Shown here: positions 18,987-28,593 of the stretch, piece after piece
Layout: each line of letters begins with the position of its first letter
Numbering within the stretch: position 1 is the first letter of the stretch
From: Patescibacteria group bacterium
GTDB lineage: Bacteria; Patescibacteriota; Minisyncoccia; Moranbacterales; DUUL01
Assembly (NCBI GenBank): GCA_034660175.1
Contig: JAYEIQ010000018.1
Span: 1-63,312, forward strand
DNA: 63,312 bases
Direction of reading: 5' to 3'
Notes under the pieces: generated by a model
What the model was told of the DNA's origin: nothing
The model's database searches: none
Seen by the model: the letters and a program-made list of their open reading frames with translations, nothing else
Made by a program: the position numbers and the translations under genes

Positions 18987-20414
18987 ATGGGAAAAAATTT
19001 ATTCAAAAAGAAGAAAGTCGTTGTCATGGGAATTGGATTGCATGGTGGAAATGTTGCAACAATTCAGTGGCTGTCATCTCAAGGCGCGAAGGTTATTGCG
19101 ACTGACAAGAAATCGAAAGATGATCTTGCTTCATCCTTGGAAAAGATCAAGGGGCTGAAAAATGTTACGATTGTTACGGGGCAGCACAGAATGGAAGATT
19201 TTGAGTCTGCTGATTTGGTGATTAAGAATCCAGTTGTCAAGTGGTCAGACAAATATATTCAAGCAGCATTGAAAAGGAATATTCCTGTTGAAATGGACTC
19301 AAGTCTATTTCTGACAAATTGTCCATCAAGGAAAATAATTGGCATTACAGGAACTAAAGGCAAAACGACGACTTCGCTACTTATTGCAAAAATGCTTGAG
19401 ATGGCAGGAAAAGAATTTGTGAAAGTTGGGATTGGTCAAGAGGCAGTTATGAACAAGCTAGAAAAGATAAAGAAAAACACTTGGGTTATTTTTGAACTTT
19501 CTTCGTGGAGACTTTCAGCTCTAGCAAAACACAAAATAAGTCCGAGAATTGCCGTTGTGACAAATATATTTCCTGATCATTTGAATTATTATGCTACCAT
19601 GGAGGAGTATGTAGATGACAAGAAATTAATTTTTCTAAATCAGAAATCAAATGGAAAACTGATTTTAAACTGGGATAATGAACTAGCAAAGAATTTTGAG
19701 AGTGAGGCAAAGGGAGTGCTGGCTTATTTTTCGTTGGAAAAGATAGATGAAAATATATGTGTTTATATTGAAGGCGGTGTCATCAAATATAACAATGATG
19801 GTGAAATTGGAAAAATATGCAAAACAGAAGAAGCTCGACTTCGTGGTAGTCATAACTTGTATAACGCTCTTGCTGCTTGTGCTGTGGCAATTCTTGCTCG
19901 AGTTTCCCCGAGCAACATCAAGGAAGCGCTTGTTAGTTTTAAGGGTTTTCCTCACAGGTTGGAATTTGTTGATAAGGTTGGTGGCGTGAAGTTTTTCAAC
20001 GATACGACTGCAACAACACCAGAGTCGGGGATTGCAGGAATTAATTCTTTCTCGAAGCATATAAATTTGATTTGTGGTGGATCAAACAAAAAACTTGACT
20101 TGAGACCGCTGGCAAACAAAATAGTCAAAGCAAAACATGTTTCAACTGTTTTTTTGTTGAAAGGGTCCGCAACTGATGAATTGAAAAAACTAATAATTGA
20201 ATTTGGTGGGGCAAGTAAAATTGCAGGAGTATATTCCGGGATGAAAGATGCTGTTGAAGATGGAGCTCAGTTTGCATCAAGCGGAGAAATCGTTTTACTC
20301 TCTCCTGGATGTGCAAGTTTCGGAATGTTTAAAAATGAATTTGATAGAGGAAATCAGTTTAAAGACATTGTCAAGAAAATGAAAAAAAGGAAAAAAGATA
20401 TTCGCCCTACATAG
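18987..20414 (+). CDS. murD: UDP-N-acetylmuramoyl-L-alanine--D-glutamate ligase
   Basis: GITGTKGKTTT, an N-terminal Rossmann-like GIGLHGG, and a Mur ligase C-terminal region (HRLEF, NDTTATTPE). Confidence 0.88.
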   Translation: MGKNLFKKKKVVVMGIGLHGGNVATIQWLSSQGAKVIATDKKSKDDLASSLEKIKGLKNVTIVTGQHRMEDFESADLVIKNPVVKWSDKYIQAALKRNIPVEMDSSLFLTNCPSRKIIGITGTKGKTTTSLLIAKMLEMAGKEFVKVGIGQEAVMNKLEKIKKNTWVIFELSSWRLSALAKHKISPRIAVVTNIFPDHLNYYATMEEYVDDKKLIFLNQKSNGKLILNWDNELAKNFESEAKGVLAYFSLEKIDENICVYIEGGVIKYNNDGEIGKICKTEEARLRGSHNLYNALAACAVAILARVSPSNIKEALVSFKGFPHRLEFVDKVGGVKFFNDTTATTPESGIAGINSFSKHINLICGGSNKKLDLRPLANKIVKAKHVSTVFLLKGSATDELKKLIIEFGGASKIAGVYSGMKDAVEDGAQFASSGEIVLLSPGCASFGMFKNEFDRGNQFKDIVKKMKKRKKDIRPT

Positions 20415-20429
20415 AAACATATTTGGTGC

Positions 20430-20702
20430 ATGAAACACATAACTGTAAAAATTAGCGGAAAAGTTCAAGGGGTGTTTTTTCGTTACTGGACAAAAAAGGA
20501 AGCTGATAAATTGAATATTTGTGGCTGGGTTAGAAATGAATTAGATGGCAGTGTTTTAATTGAGGCTGAAGGTGAGGATAAGAATTTGCATGAATTCTGT
20601 ATGTTGTGTGAAAATGGATCGAAAGGCGCAATTGTTGAGACAATTGATGTGAAATGGAATGAAAACAAAAAAGGATATAAGAAATTTGAAATAAAACACT
20701 AG
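20430..20702 (+). CDS. acyP: Acylphosphatase
   Basis: 90 aa with GKVQGVFFRYWT...GWVRN..DGSV. Confidence 0.88.
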   Translation: MKHITVKISGKVQGVFFRYWTKKEADKLNICGWVRNELDGSVLIEAEGEDKNLHEFCMLCENGSKGAIVETIDVKWNENKKGYKKFEIKH

Positions 20703-20746
20703 ATGTATTCAAATTTGCTTAAGTTCAATAAAATATAGATAAGAAA

Positions 20747-21802
20747 ATGAAAAAGTTTTTGTTGTTTTTGATCGTATTAATTTTTGTTGGAGTTGGAGTT
20801 TTCTATTCCATTTGGAGATGGATAGAAGTACAATCTTTTTTTGGAACCATGAGCTCTTCTAATATTTCAAAAGAGTTTGAAATAAAAGAAGGCGAAGGCT
20901 CGACTGAAGTAGGTGAAAATCTTGAAAGTGCAAAACTTGTAAAAGACAAGAATTTTTTCTATTATTATGTCTGGAAGACTGAAACATCAAGTAAGTTGCA
21001 GGCAGGGACATATGAACTTGCTCCAAGCATGACGATCCAGCAAATGGTGAGAAGATTCACTGATGGAGACATCAAGTCTAAAATCTTGAAACTTACTATC
21101 CCGGAAGGATACAATAATAGAAAAATAATACGGCAATTGAGGAAAATCAAGCCATCAATTACTGATGAATTTGAGAATATTGTGACTTGCAAATGTTTGA
21201 GTGAGACAAATTGTGAGTGCGACGTTTTTGGAGATAAGTATGATTTTATTTCAAAGATCCCAGTTGGGGTGGATATAGAAGGCTATCTTTTTCCGGACAC
21301 CTATTTCATTGATGAAGAAGAGACTGGAGTCACTCTTGCTAGTAAATTTTTAAATAATTTCAACAAAAGAATTGATAAAGATCTGAGGAACAGTGTCATA
21401 TCCCAAGGAAAAACTCTTCATGAAGTGGTCACTATGGCATCAATTGTCGAGAGAGAAGTTAAAACAGATAGTGATAGAAAGATCGTATCAGGGATATTCT
21501 GGAATCGACTTGGAAATGATTTTCCTCTTCAGAGTTGCGCAACACTAGCCTATTTTCTTGATGTTGATAAACCGCAATTTTTAATTGAAGAGACGAAAGT
21601 AGAGTCACCATATAACACTTATATCAACTCTGGTTTGCCGCCTGGTCCAATTTCGAATCCAGGGATTGCCTCTATTCGTGCAGCTGTGGATCCTCAAGAT
21701 TCTGACTATTATTATTTTCTGAACGATGCTGAAACCGGAGAAATAGTTTTTTCTAGAACAAATGAGGAGCATGTAGAGAATAAAATTAAACATGGTTTGT
21801 AA
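20747..21802 (+). CDS. mltG: Endolytic murein transglycosylase (YceG-like)
   Basis: N-terminal TM, EGYLFPDTY, ASIVEREV and PPGPISNPG. Confidence 0.88.
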   Translation: MKKFLLFLIVLIFVGVGVFYSIWRWIEVQSFFGTMSSSNISKEFEIKEGEGSTEVGENLESAKLVKDKNFFYYYVWKTETSSKLQAGTYELAPSMTIQQMVRRFTDGDIKSKILKLTIPEGYNNRKIIRQLRKIKPSITDEFENIVTCKCLSETNCECDVFGDKYDFISKIPVGVDIEGYLFPDTYFIDEEETGVTLASKFLNNFNKRIDKDLRNSVISQGKTLHEVVTMASIVEREVKTDSDRKIVSGIFWNRLGNDFPLQSCATLAYFLDVDKPQFLIEETKVESPYNTYINSGLPPGPISNPGIASIRAAVDPQDSDYYYFLNDAETGEIVFSRTNEEHVENKIKHGL

Positions 21803-21817
21803 AAATTAACCTGAGAT

Positions 21818-22948
21818 TTGAACAGATTTTCAAAATACCTAGATTTTGATTGGATTGCAGTTGTTGCTGTTGGTTTTCTGTTGATGACTGGTCTTGTTGC
21901 AATCTACTCATTATCTCTTGAAGTTGAAAGGGAGGGGTTTAATAATTTTCAAAAGCAGTTTCTGTTTCTTTGTTTTGCCATTGTAGTTTTCTTAGCATTT
22001 AGTTGGTTGGATTATAGAACTTGGAAGAGTTATGGTGGAATTTTGTATCTTTTTGGAGTGTTTTTGCTCGTGGCTGTTTTGTTTTGGGGTGTTCAAATTA
22101 GGGGAACTTCCGGTTGGTTTAGTTTTGGAATATTCAACTTACAGCCAGCTGAGTTGGTGAAATTGTTCTTAATCATCTCTTTGGCTAAATATTTTTCACA
22201 AATCAGTGCTTCTCATTTGGGATTGCGACACGTGCTTGTCTCTTTTGTTTATGTGATTATTCCAGTAGTGCTGGTCGCTAAACAACCAGACATGGGAAGC
22301 GCTCTTGTGATGATTGTGATTTGGTTCGGAATTCTTTTCTTGGCTGGGTTAAAGAAAAAATATCTTTTTGTGCTCATAATGTTGGCTGTAGTTACTTTTG
22401 TTTTTGGATGGAATATTGTTTTGAAAGATTATCAACAGCAAAGAATCGAGTCCTTTATGAATCCCGGAGCTGATCCTTTAGGGAGTGGTTATAACGTTAT
22501 TCAATCAATGGTTGCGGTTGGCAGTGGTGGAGTTAGTGGAAAAGGACTTGGACATGGTTCGCAGAGCCAACTTAATTTTTTGCCGGAAAAACATACAGAC
22601 TTTATATTTGCGACAATTGCAGAAGAAAGTGGTCTTGTGGGAGCAAGTTTGGTTTTGGGGTTACTTTGGCTGTTGTTGTTCCGCATGAAAAAAACATCGG
22701 ATGTATCTAAGGATTCATTTGGAAGATTGCTGGTGGGAGGTGTGATGATAATGATTTTTTTTCAGGTCTTTATTAATATTGGTATGAATTTGGGTATAAT
22801 GCCAATTGCAGGACTTTCTCTTCCTTTTTTGAGCTATGGTGGAAGCTTTTTGATTGTTACTTTGGCAGCGACTGGTCTAACTCAAAGTGTTTGGAAGAGA
22901 AGAGTCAAGAGAAAAATTTCTTTAGAGGGAAGCCTTGGTAGAATTTGA
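21818..22948 (+). CDS. SEDS-family peptidoglycan glycosyltransferase (FtsW/RodA family)
   Basis: Multi-TM protein with QPAELVK, KQPDMGSAL, EKHTDFIFA and LPFLSYGGS. The start is TTG. Confidence 0.88.
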   Translation: MNRFSKYLDFDWIAVVAVGFLLMTGLVAIYSLSLEVEREGFNNFQKQFLFLCFAIVVFLAFSWLDYRTWKSYGGILYLFGVFLLVAVLFWGVQIRGTSGWFSFGIFNLQPAELVKLFLIISLAKYFSQISASHLGLRHVLVSFVYVIIPVVLVAKQPDMGSALVMIVIWFGILFLAGLKKKYLFVLIMLAVVTFVFGWNIVLKDYQQQRIESFMNPGADPLGSGYNVIQSMVAVGSGGVSGKGLGHGSQSQLNFLPEKHTDFIFATIAEESGLVGASLVLGLLWLLLFRMKKTSDVSKDSFGRLLVGGVMIMIFFQVFINIGMNLGIMPIAGLSLPFLSYGGSFLIVTLAATGLTQSVWKRRVKRKISLEGSLGRI

Positions 22949-22986
22949 GCAGCCATTTTAAAAAAGCATAATAAAAAGATCTCAAT

Positions 22987-24051
22987 ATGAACAAAAGGAA
23001 AAAAACTAGAAAAATAAATGTTGGTGGGGTTGAAATAGGTGGTGATCAACCAGTCAGAATTCAGTCGATGTGCAACACTGATACACGTGATGTGCGGGCA
23101 ACAGTAAGTCAAATAAAATACCTTGAAAAGGTGGGGTGTGAGTTAGTCAGAGTTGCTGTTCCCGATGAAGTCGCGGCAAGTAAAATTTCACAAATCAAAT
23201 CGAAAATAGGAATACCGCTTGTTGCAGATATTCATTTTTCTGCAGAGCTTGCCTTAAAGGTTGTTGAACAAGGGGTTGATAAAGTAAGAATCAATCCAGG
23301 GAACATTAAGCCCATAGAAAAGATCGAGGAAGTTGCCAATGCATGCAAAAAAAAGAGTATTCCAATCAGGATTGGTGTGAATGCGGGATCGCTCGAAAAA
23401 GATATTTTGAAAAAAAACAATGGAATAGCTACGGCAAATGGGATGGTTGAATCTGCGCTGGGACATATCAGGATTTTAGAAAAATGTAATTTCAAGGATA
23501 TAGCAATTTCTCTCAAAGCCTCAGATATTGATCGAACAGTAAATGCCTATCGTTTGTTGTCTCAAAAAGTTGACTATCCACTTCATGTTGGTGTGACGGA
23601 GGCGGGCACGAAGTTTAGGGGAACAATTATGTCTTCGATTGGGATTGGGATGTTGCTCTTTGAGGGAATTGGAGATACTATCAGAGTGTCGCTCACTGAC
23701 GATCCAGCACAAGAGATTCCAGTGGCTTGGGAAATTCTTAGTTCGCTAAATCTTCGACACAGGAAGCCAACTGTGACAAGTTGCCCAACATGTGGAAGGA
23801 CCGAAATTGATTTGGTGAAATTGACAAAGCAAGTGGAGGAAATAGCTAGTGGAATTTCCAATAATATCCACATTGCTGTAATGGGTTGTGTCGTGAATGG
23901 TCCTGGAGAAGCGCGTGAAGCAGATCTTGCTGTAATTGGGGGCAAAGGAGTTGGTTTGATTTGCAAAAAAGGAGAAATTATTAAAAAAGTTAGAGAAGAA
24001 GACTTACTGGAGGAATTTGAAATTGAACTTAAGCGATTTATTGAGGAATAG
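22987..24051 (+). CDS. ispG: 4-hydroxy-3-methylbut-2-en-1-yl diphosphate synthase
   Basis: VGGVEIGGDQPVRIQSM, RINPGN and the CPTCGR cluster ligands. Confidence 0.93.
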   Translation: MNKRKKTRKINVGGVEIGGDQPVRIQSMCNTDTRDVRATVSQIKYLEKVGCELVRVAVPDEVAASKISQIKSKIGIPLVADIHFSAELALKVVEQGVDKVRINPGNIKPIEKIEEVANACKKKSIPIRIGVNAGSLEKDILKKNNGIATANGMVESALGHIRILEKCNFKDIAISLKASDIDRTVNAYRLLSQKVDYPLHVGVTEAGTKFRGTIMSSIGIGMLLFEGIGDTIRVSLTDDPAQEIPVAWEILSSLNLRHRKPTVTSCPTCGRTEIDLVKLTKQVEEIASGISNNIHIAVMGCVVNGPGEAREADLAVIGGKGVGLICKKGEIIKKVREEDLLEEFEIELKRFIEE

Positions 24052-24074
24052 TGCGTAATTTATAATTTTGAATA

Positions 24075-24986
24075 ATGAAGGTAAATTTAGCGAAAAATTG
24101 TGGTTTTTGTGGGGGTGTTTACAGGGCCTATGCGATTGTTAAAAAGGAGTTTGAAGGAAAGTTTTTGAAGAACAGGATTCTTATTTTGGGATCTTTGGTT
24201 CACAATGAAAATGTAATGAGGACAGTTAAACAATGGGGTATTGAAAAAATAAAAACACTCAGATCTGTCAAAGCAGGTGATATTGTGATTATAACTGCAC
24301 ATGGTGTTGGAAAAGATGTGATGGAGCAAGTGATGGAAAAGGGTTGTAAGCTTTTTGATGCAACTTGCCCAAAGGTTTCCATTATTCATAAAAAAGTTGC
24401 ACAGCACCACGAAAAAGGTTTTAAAGTTGTTATATTTGGAGACAACCAACACAAAGAAGTGAAGGGGATCAATGGTTGGTGTGAAAATAAAGCATATGTG
24501 GTGAGTGGATCGAAGGCGGCGAAAGCGCTTGCAAAAAAATGGCAGAAGACACGAGACAAAAAGCCGATTATAATTGTGTCTCAAACCACTCAAAATGCTG
24601 AAAAATATCATCATGTTTGTGAGATCCTATTCGCTGGTGCTGAAAAAGTAGGTAGAGAAATTGTCAGCATAGATACCATTTGTGACGCGACTTCTTCGAG
24701 GCAAAAAGAGGCGAAAGAGGCAGCTGAAGCGAATGATGCTGTTGTTGTTGTTGGAGGAAAGAAGAGCGCAAATACGAGGAGATTATGGAGTATTGCAAGG
24801 TCAATAAACCCTTTGACTGTGTGGGTTGACGATTTGCACAAGGAAGCAATGTCAAAAATAAGGAAAATAACAAAGAAAGCCAAAACAGTCGCTGTTATTT
24901 CTGGTGCATCAACTCCAAGCTGGGATATTAGGAAGATTGAAGTTTTTTTGCAAAACGAAGGAGTGAGTACTAAAAATAAGCAATAA
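24075..24986 (+). CDS. ispH: 4-hydroxy-3-methylbut-2-enyl diphosphate reductase
   Basis: GFCGGVYRA, LVHNENV, ATCPKV, SQTTQ and NTRRL. Confidence 0.92.
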   Translation: MKVNLAKNCGFCGGVYRAYAIVKKEFEGKFLKNRILILGSLVHNENVMRTVKQWGIEKIKTLRSVKAGDIVIITAHGVGKDVMEQVMEKGCKLFDATCPKVSIIHKKVAQHHEKGFKVVIFGDNQHKEVKGINGWCENKAYVVSGSKAAKALAKKWQKTRDKKPIIIVSQTTQNAEKYHHVCEILFAGAEKVGREIVSIDTICDATSSRQKEAKEAAEANDAVVVVGGKKSANTRRLWSIARSINPLTVWVDDLHKEAMSKIRKITKKAKTVAVISGASTPSWDIRKIEVFLQNEGVSTKNKQ

Positions 24987-25028
24987 TTATTGACTTTTGT
25001 CGGCTAAGTTGATATATTGATAAGTGCT

Positions 25029-25316
25029 ATGAATCATGAAGTGGAAACATTGTTGTATTGTCCAGTGTGCGGAGAGCAGTATCTTCGTGGTAGTGCAAAG
25101 ACAATTACAAACAACAAAAAAGCCTTTCTTGTGCATGTTAGGTGTCATCATTGCATGAGTGCAACTCTTGCTATGATTACAAAAAACAACAAAGGTGGAG
25201 GCATTGTCACAATGGGAATGTTGACTGATTTGAATTCTGACGAAGCAATGGAAATGGTCAAAATGCAACCAATCAGTATAGATGAAGTTTTGGATATTTA
25301 TAAAACGTTAAAATAA
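25029..25316 (+). CDS. Small zinc-ribbon-like hypothetical protein
   Basis: CPVCG...CHHC pairs are present. The start is chosen at the ATG at 25029; the ORF opens at the TTG at 25017. Confidence 0.5.
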   Translation: MNHEVETLLYCPVCGEQYLRGSAKTITNNKKAFLVHVRCHHCMSATLAMITKNNKGGGIVTMGMLTDLNSDEAMEMVKMQPISIDEVLDIYKTLK

Positions 25317-25361
25317 TTTTGCCAGGAGTTATTCTAAAGGCAGATTGATAAAAGTAACAAA

Positions 25362-26054
25362 ATGGAGACAATTAAACTCGAAGCAATAATCAGAAAGAAA
25401 GAACAAAAGAGAACTGATCAAAAAAATATGGTTCCTGCTATTCTCTATGGCAAAGACATGGAAAATTCAATGCTCTGGATTGATCAGAAAATTTTCAACA
25501 AAATTCTAAAAGATGCCGGAGAAAGCACGATCATTGATCTAATTGTTGAAGGTCAGAAAGAGCCTCACAAGGTTTTGGTTTATGATCTTCAAAATGATCC
25601 AATTAGTGACGAATATACACATATTGATTTTTTCCGCGTGAAAATGGATGAAGAGATTGTCACAGAAGTAGAACTGGTATTTGTTGGTGAGGCTTCTGCG
25701 GTGAAAGAACAAGGTGGAGTGCTTGTCAAGAATGTTGACTCAGTTAACGTTAGATGTTTGCCAGCTGATTTGCCTGGATCAATCACTGTGGATATCACAT
25801 CTCTTAAGACATTTGAAGATCACATTTATATTAAAGATCTTGAAGTTTCTGATAAAGTAAATATAGAAATTGACGAGAACACTCTTGTTGTTCTTGTTTC
25901 TCCACCAAGATCAGAAAAAGAGCTTGAAGAGCTTGAAGAAGAAGTTGAAGGTGATATTTCGCAAGTTGAAGGAATGGGCGAAGAAGAAGTCGAAGAAGGA
26001 GAAGGGAAAGAAGAGAAAAAGGAAGAGGATACTCTCGCTAAAGAGGAAAAATAG
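25362..26054 (+). CDS. rplY: 50S ribosomal protein L25/general stress protein Ctc with an acidic tail
   Basis: ...VPAILYGK... is the L25 N-domain pattern. It is followed by the Ctc-type second domain and a Glu-rich C-terminus. Confidence 0.85.
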   Translation: METIKLEAIIRKKEQKRTDQKNMVPAILYGKDMENSMLWIDQKIFNKILKDAGESTIIDLIVEGQKEPHKVLVYDLQNDPISDEYTHIDFFRVKMDEEIVTEVELVFVGEASAVKEQGGVLVKNVDSVNVRCLPADLPGSITVDITSLKTFEDHIYIKDLEVSDKVNIEIDENTLVVLVSPPRSEKELEELEEEVEGDISQVEGMGEEEVEEGEGKEEKKEEDTLAKEEK

Positions 26055-26117
26055 ACTTCAACTCGAGAAAACGTCAATAGACCAAATTTATTTCAATATG
26101 CCACAAAAATTGGCAAC

Positions 26118-27371
26118 ATGAAAATAAAATCAAATACTATATTTGCGTTGGTTTTTGCGCTCAGTATAACTGTGTGGTCTTTTGGCGGATCCAATATTTC
26201 TGTTTTGGCTCAAAATCAAGATATTGATGAAGAAAAAGACGAAATTGATGAAGAACTGGATGATCTACAAGGTGATCTCAAGAAAGCGCAAGCAGAGAAA
26301 AACAGAACGGTGCAGGCGAAACTTCAAATTTCAAATGAAATTGGAGCAATAAGCAACAATATTGCTGTTATAGAAGGTGAAATTAGCAAAACGGAGCAGG
26401 ATCTGGATTTGATTAATGCTTCAATTAAAGATAGTGAAATAAAATTGGACGAAAGGAAGAAAGTGCTTGCTGAGGTGCTCAGGTCTGTTTATCAAATGGA
26501 TATGGAGCTTGGTTTAATGCTTATGGATAATAATGGTTGTTTGAATGAATATTTTTCGGCTGTTGACGGACTTGGTCAGCTTGAGCGGCAACTTCAAGAT
26601 GTGATGGATAAACTTAAAAAAGAAAAAGAGGACTTTGAAAGCAGGAGAGAGGAAAAACAGAGAGTTTTTGAGGTTCATGATGATCAAAAGAAGACACTTG
26701 AGCAAGAAAAAAATAAAAAAAGCTGGGTGCTTGGAAAAACTCAACAAGAGCTCAATAGTCAGGAGGCCACGATTGGACAAATTCAATCAAAAATGAGCAA
26801 ATTGAGATCTGAATTGTCTTCTTTGTTGGGCGAAGGATATGATACTGACGACATAAAGGATGCGGCAAAATTTGCTTCGAAAGTTACGGGTGTTCGAAAA
26901 AACTTTTTGATGGGCATGTTGGTTGTCGAGTCCGATCTAGGACGGTATACAGGTGGATGCAATTACAAGGAAAGTCGAATGAGTAGTTATCGAAAGAAGA
27001 TTTTCAAGGAAATATGCAAGAATCTTGACTATAATTATAAAAAAATGAAAGTCTCATGTCCCCCAGCTAATTATAGCGGCACTGGAGGGGCTATGGGAGT
27101 TGCACAGTTCATGAGTGACACTTGGAAGGGATATGAGGATTCAATTGCGGATGCAACGGGACACAATCCGCCAGATCCATGGAGTCTTACGGATGGAGTT
27201 ACGGCTATGGCTCTCAAGCTTGCAAAAGTTTCCGGTGTGACTTCTCGTAAGAAATCTGCAGAGTGCAATGCTGCAAAGCTATATCTTTCTGGAACAACAT
27301 CAAGTAAGTATGACTGGTATTGTGACAAAGTTCACTATTGGGCGGATAACTATAAACAATTACTAGATTGA
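26118..27371 (+). CDS. Secreted coiled-coil protein with a C-terminal MltB-like lytic transglycosylase (SLT_2-type) region
   Basis: Signal peptide, then a heptad-rich region of about 200 aa, then GGAMGVAQFMSDTW. This resembles the GAMGxxQFMPST motif of lytic murein transglycosylase B-type domains. Confidence 0.6.
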   Translation: MKIKSNTIFALVFALSITVWSFGGSNISVLAQNQDIDEEKDEIDEELDDLQGDLKKAQAEKNRTVQAKLQISNEIGAISNNIAVIEGEISKTEQDLDLINASIKDSEIKLDERKKVLAEVLRSVYQMDMELGLMLMDNNGCLNEYFSAVDGLGQLERQLQDVMDKLKKEKEDFESRREEKQRVFEVHDDQKKTLEQEKNKKSWVLGKTQQELNSQEATIGQIQSKMSKLRSELSSLLGEGYDTDDIKDAAKFASKVTGVRKNFLMGMLVVESDLGRYTGGCNYKESRMSSYRKKIFKEICKNLDYNYKKMKVSCPPANYSGTGGAMGVAQFMSDTWKGYEDSIADATGHNPPDPWSLTDGVTAMALKLAKVSGVTSRKKSAECNAAKLYLSGTTSSKYDWYCDKVHYWADNYKQLLD

Positions 27372-27402
27372 TCACAATAACTATTTCTGATGTTTGCAAA
27401 AC

Positions 27403-27441
27403 AAAAAAATGAGCCAGCGCAAATGCGTTAGCTCGTTTTTT
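27403..27441. terminator. Bidirectional intrinsic terminator between convergent genes
   Basis: An A7 run, then GAGCCAGCGC-aaat-GCGTTAGCTC (9 of 10 positions pair), then a T6 run. Confidence 0.6.
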
Positions 27442-27458
27442 ATTCTGAATCGGAAAAG

Positions 27459-28514
27459 CTATTTGTTGAACTTTTTTAAGTCTGTTTCGAATTCTATTTC
27501 ATATATATGTAAGAGGGTCATAAATAAAACAATTATGACAGGACCAAGTAAAAATCCAGCGACACCAAACATGGCTATTCCTCCCAAGGTTGACAAAAAC
27601 ACCCAAAGAGGATGAAGGCTGGTTTCGTTGCCAATTAATTTTGGTCTAAGGAGATTGTCCACGTTACTCACAACGAGTCCTCCAATAAGAAAAATCGCTA
27701 CTCCTTGCCAAACACTGCCTATCAGAATCATCACAATGCCCACAGGAAGCCAAACAAGGATTGTTCCGATCATTGGGACGAGTGAGACTAGAACAGTAAC
27801 AAGACCCCACAAAATTGAAGATTTAACACCTGTAGCTAAAAACAGAAGTGTCATGAGCGCTCCTTGGATAAGCGCAATCACCAATGTTCCCTTTAATGTG
27901 GCTCTTGAGATTGAAACGAATTTAGTAATAATCAATTTTTCTTGTTTGTTTTTCAGCGGACTGATATTCATGACTTTCTTCAAAAGTTTGTCAGAATCCT
28001 TGAAAAAATAATAAAGAGAGAAGAACATCACAAAGGTCATGAACAAAAATTGCGTTGTTCCTTGATATGTTTGTTTGACTATCTTGAAAAAGAAACCACC
28101 AACATTTTTGAGTCCCTGATTGAACTCCTCAATTCCAACTATCTGCTGAACTTCTTCGTTTGAAAGATAGATTTCAAGCAAGGGGATACTGACTGAGAAA
28201 TTTTCTGCTTTTTCGCGGAAGTTGTTTTCTTGCGCTGTTTGATAGAGATCGTTAGCTTCTGCAACCACAAGACTCGAAACAAAAACCAGAGGAACAAAAA
28301 GAATTATCAAAATGAGCATGCAAGTTATGAATGAGGCCAAGGATCTCCTACCTCGAAGCTTCCTATTTATTCTTTTGTACCAATCGTTGAAGAGTTGTGA
28401 AATCACAAATGCAATGAAAATTGCCACAACGAAAGGTTTAAGCACAAGGTAAACGCCAATTCCAACAACAATAATCAACACAAAAAGGAAGGTTGTGTTT
28501 ATATGTGATTTCAT
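27459..28514 (-). CDS. AI-2E family (PerM/UPF0118) transporter
   Basis: 351-aa multi-TM protein. The C-terminal half has the LRPKLIG...HPL...GG..G..G pattern typical of the family. Confidence 0.8.
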   Translation of the reverse strand: MKSHINTTFLFVLIIVVGIGVYLVLKPFVVAIFIAFVISQLFNDWYKRINRKLRGRRSLASFITCMLILIILFVPLVFVSSLVVAEANDLYQTAQENNFREKAENFSVSIPLLEIYLSNEEVQQIVGIEEFNQGLKNVGGFFFKIVKQTYQGTTQFLFMTFVMFFSLYYFFKDSDKLLKKVMNISPLKNKQEKLIITKFVSISRATLKGTLVIALIQGALMTLLFLATGVKSSILWGLVTVLVSLVPMIGTILVWLPVGIVMILIGSVWQGVAIFLIGGLVVSNVDNLLRPKLIGNETSLHPLWVFLSTLGGIAMFGVAGFLLGPVIIVLFMTLLHIYEIEFETDLKKFNK

Positions 28515-28593
28515 TTTTGTTTAATAAAGATTACCTATTCTTTTAATTATACTTGCAAAACAGTTACAAAACAAATGGTTCTACTAAAGTTGT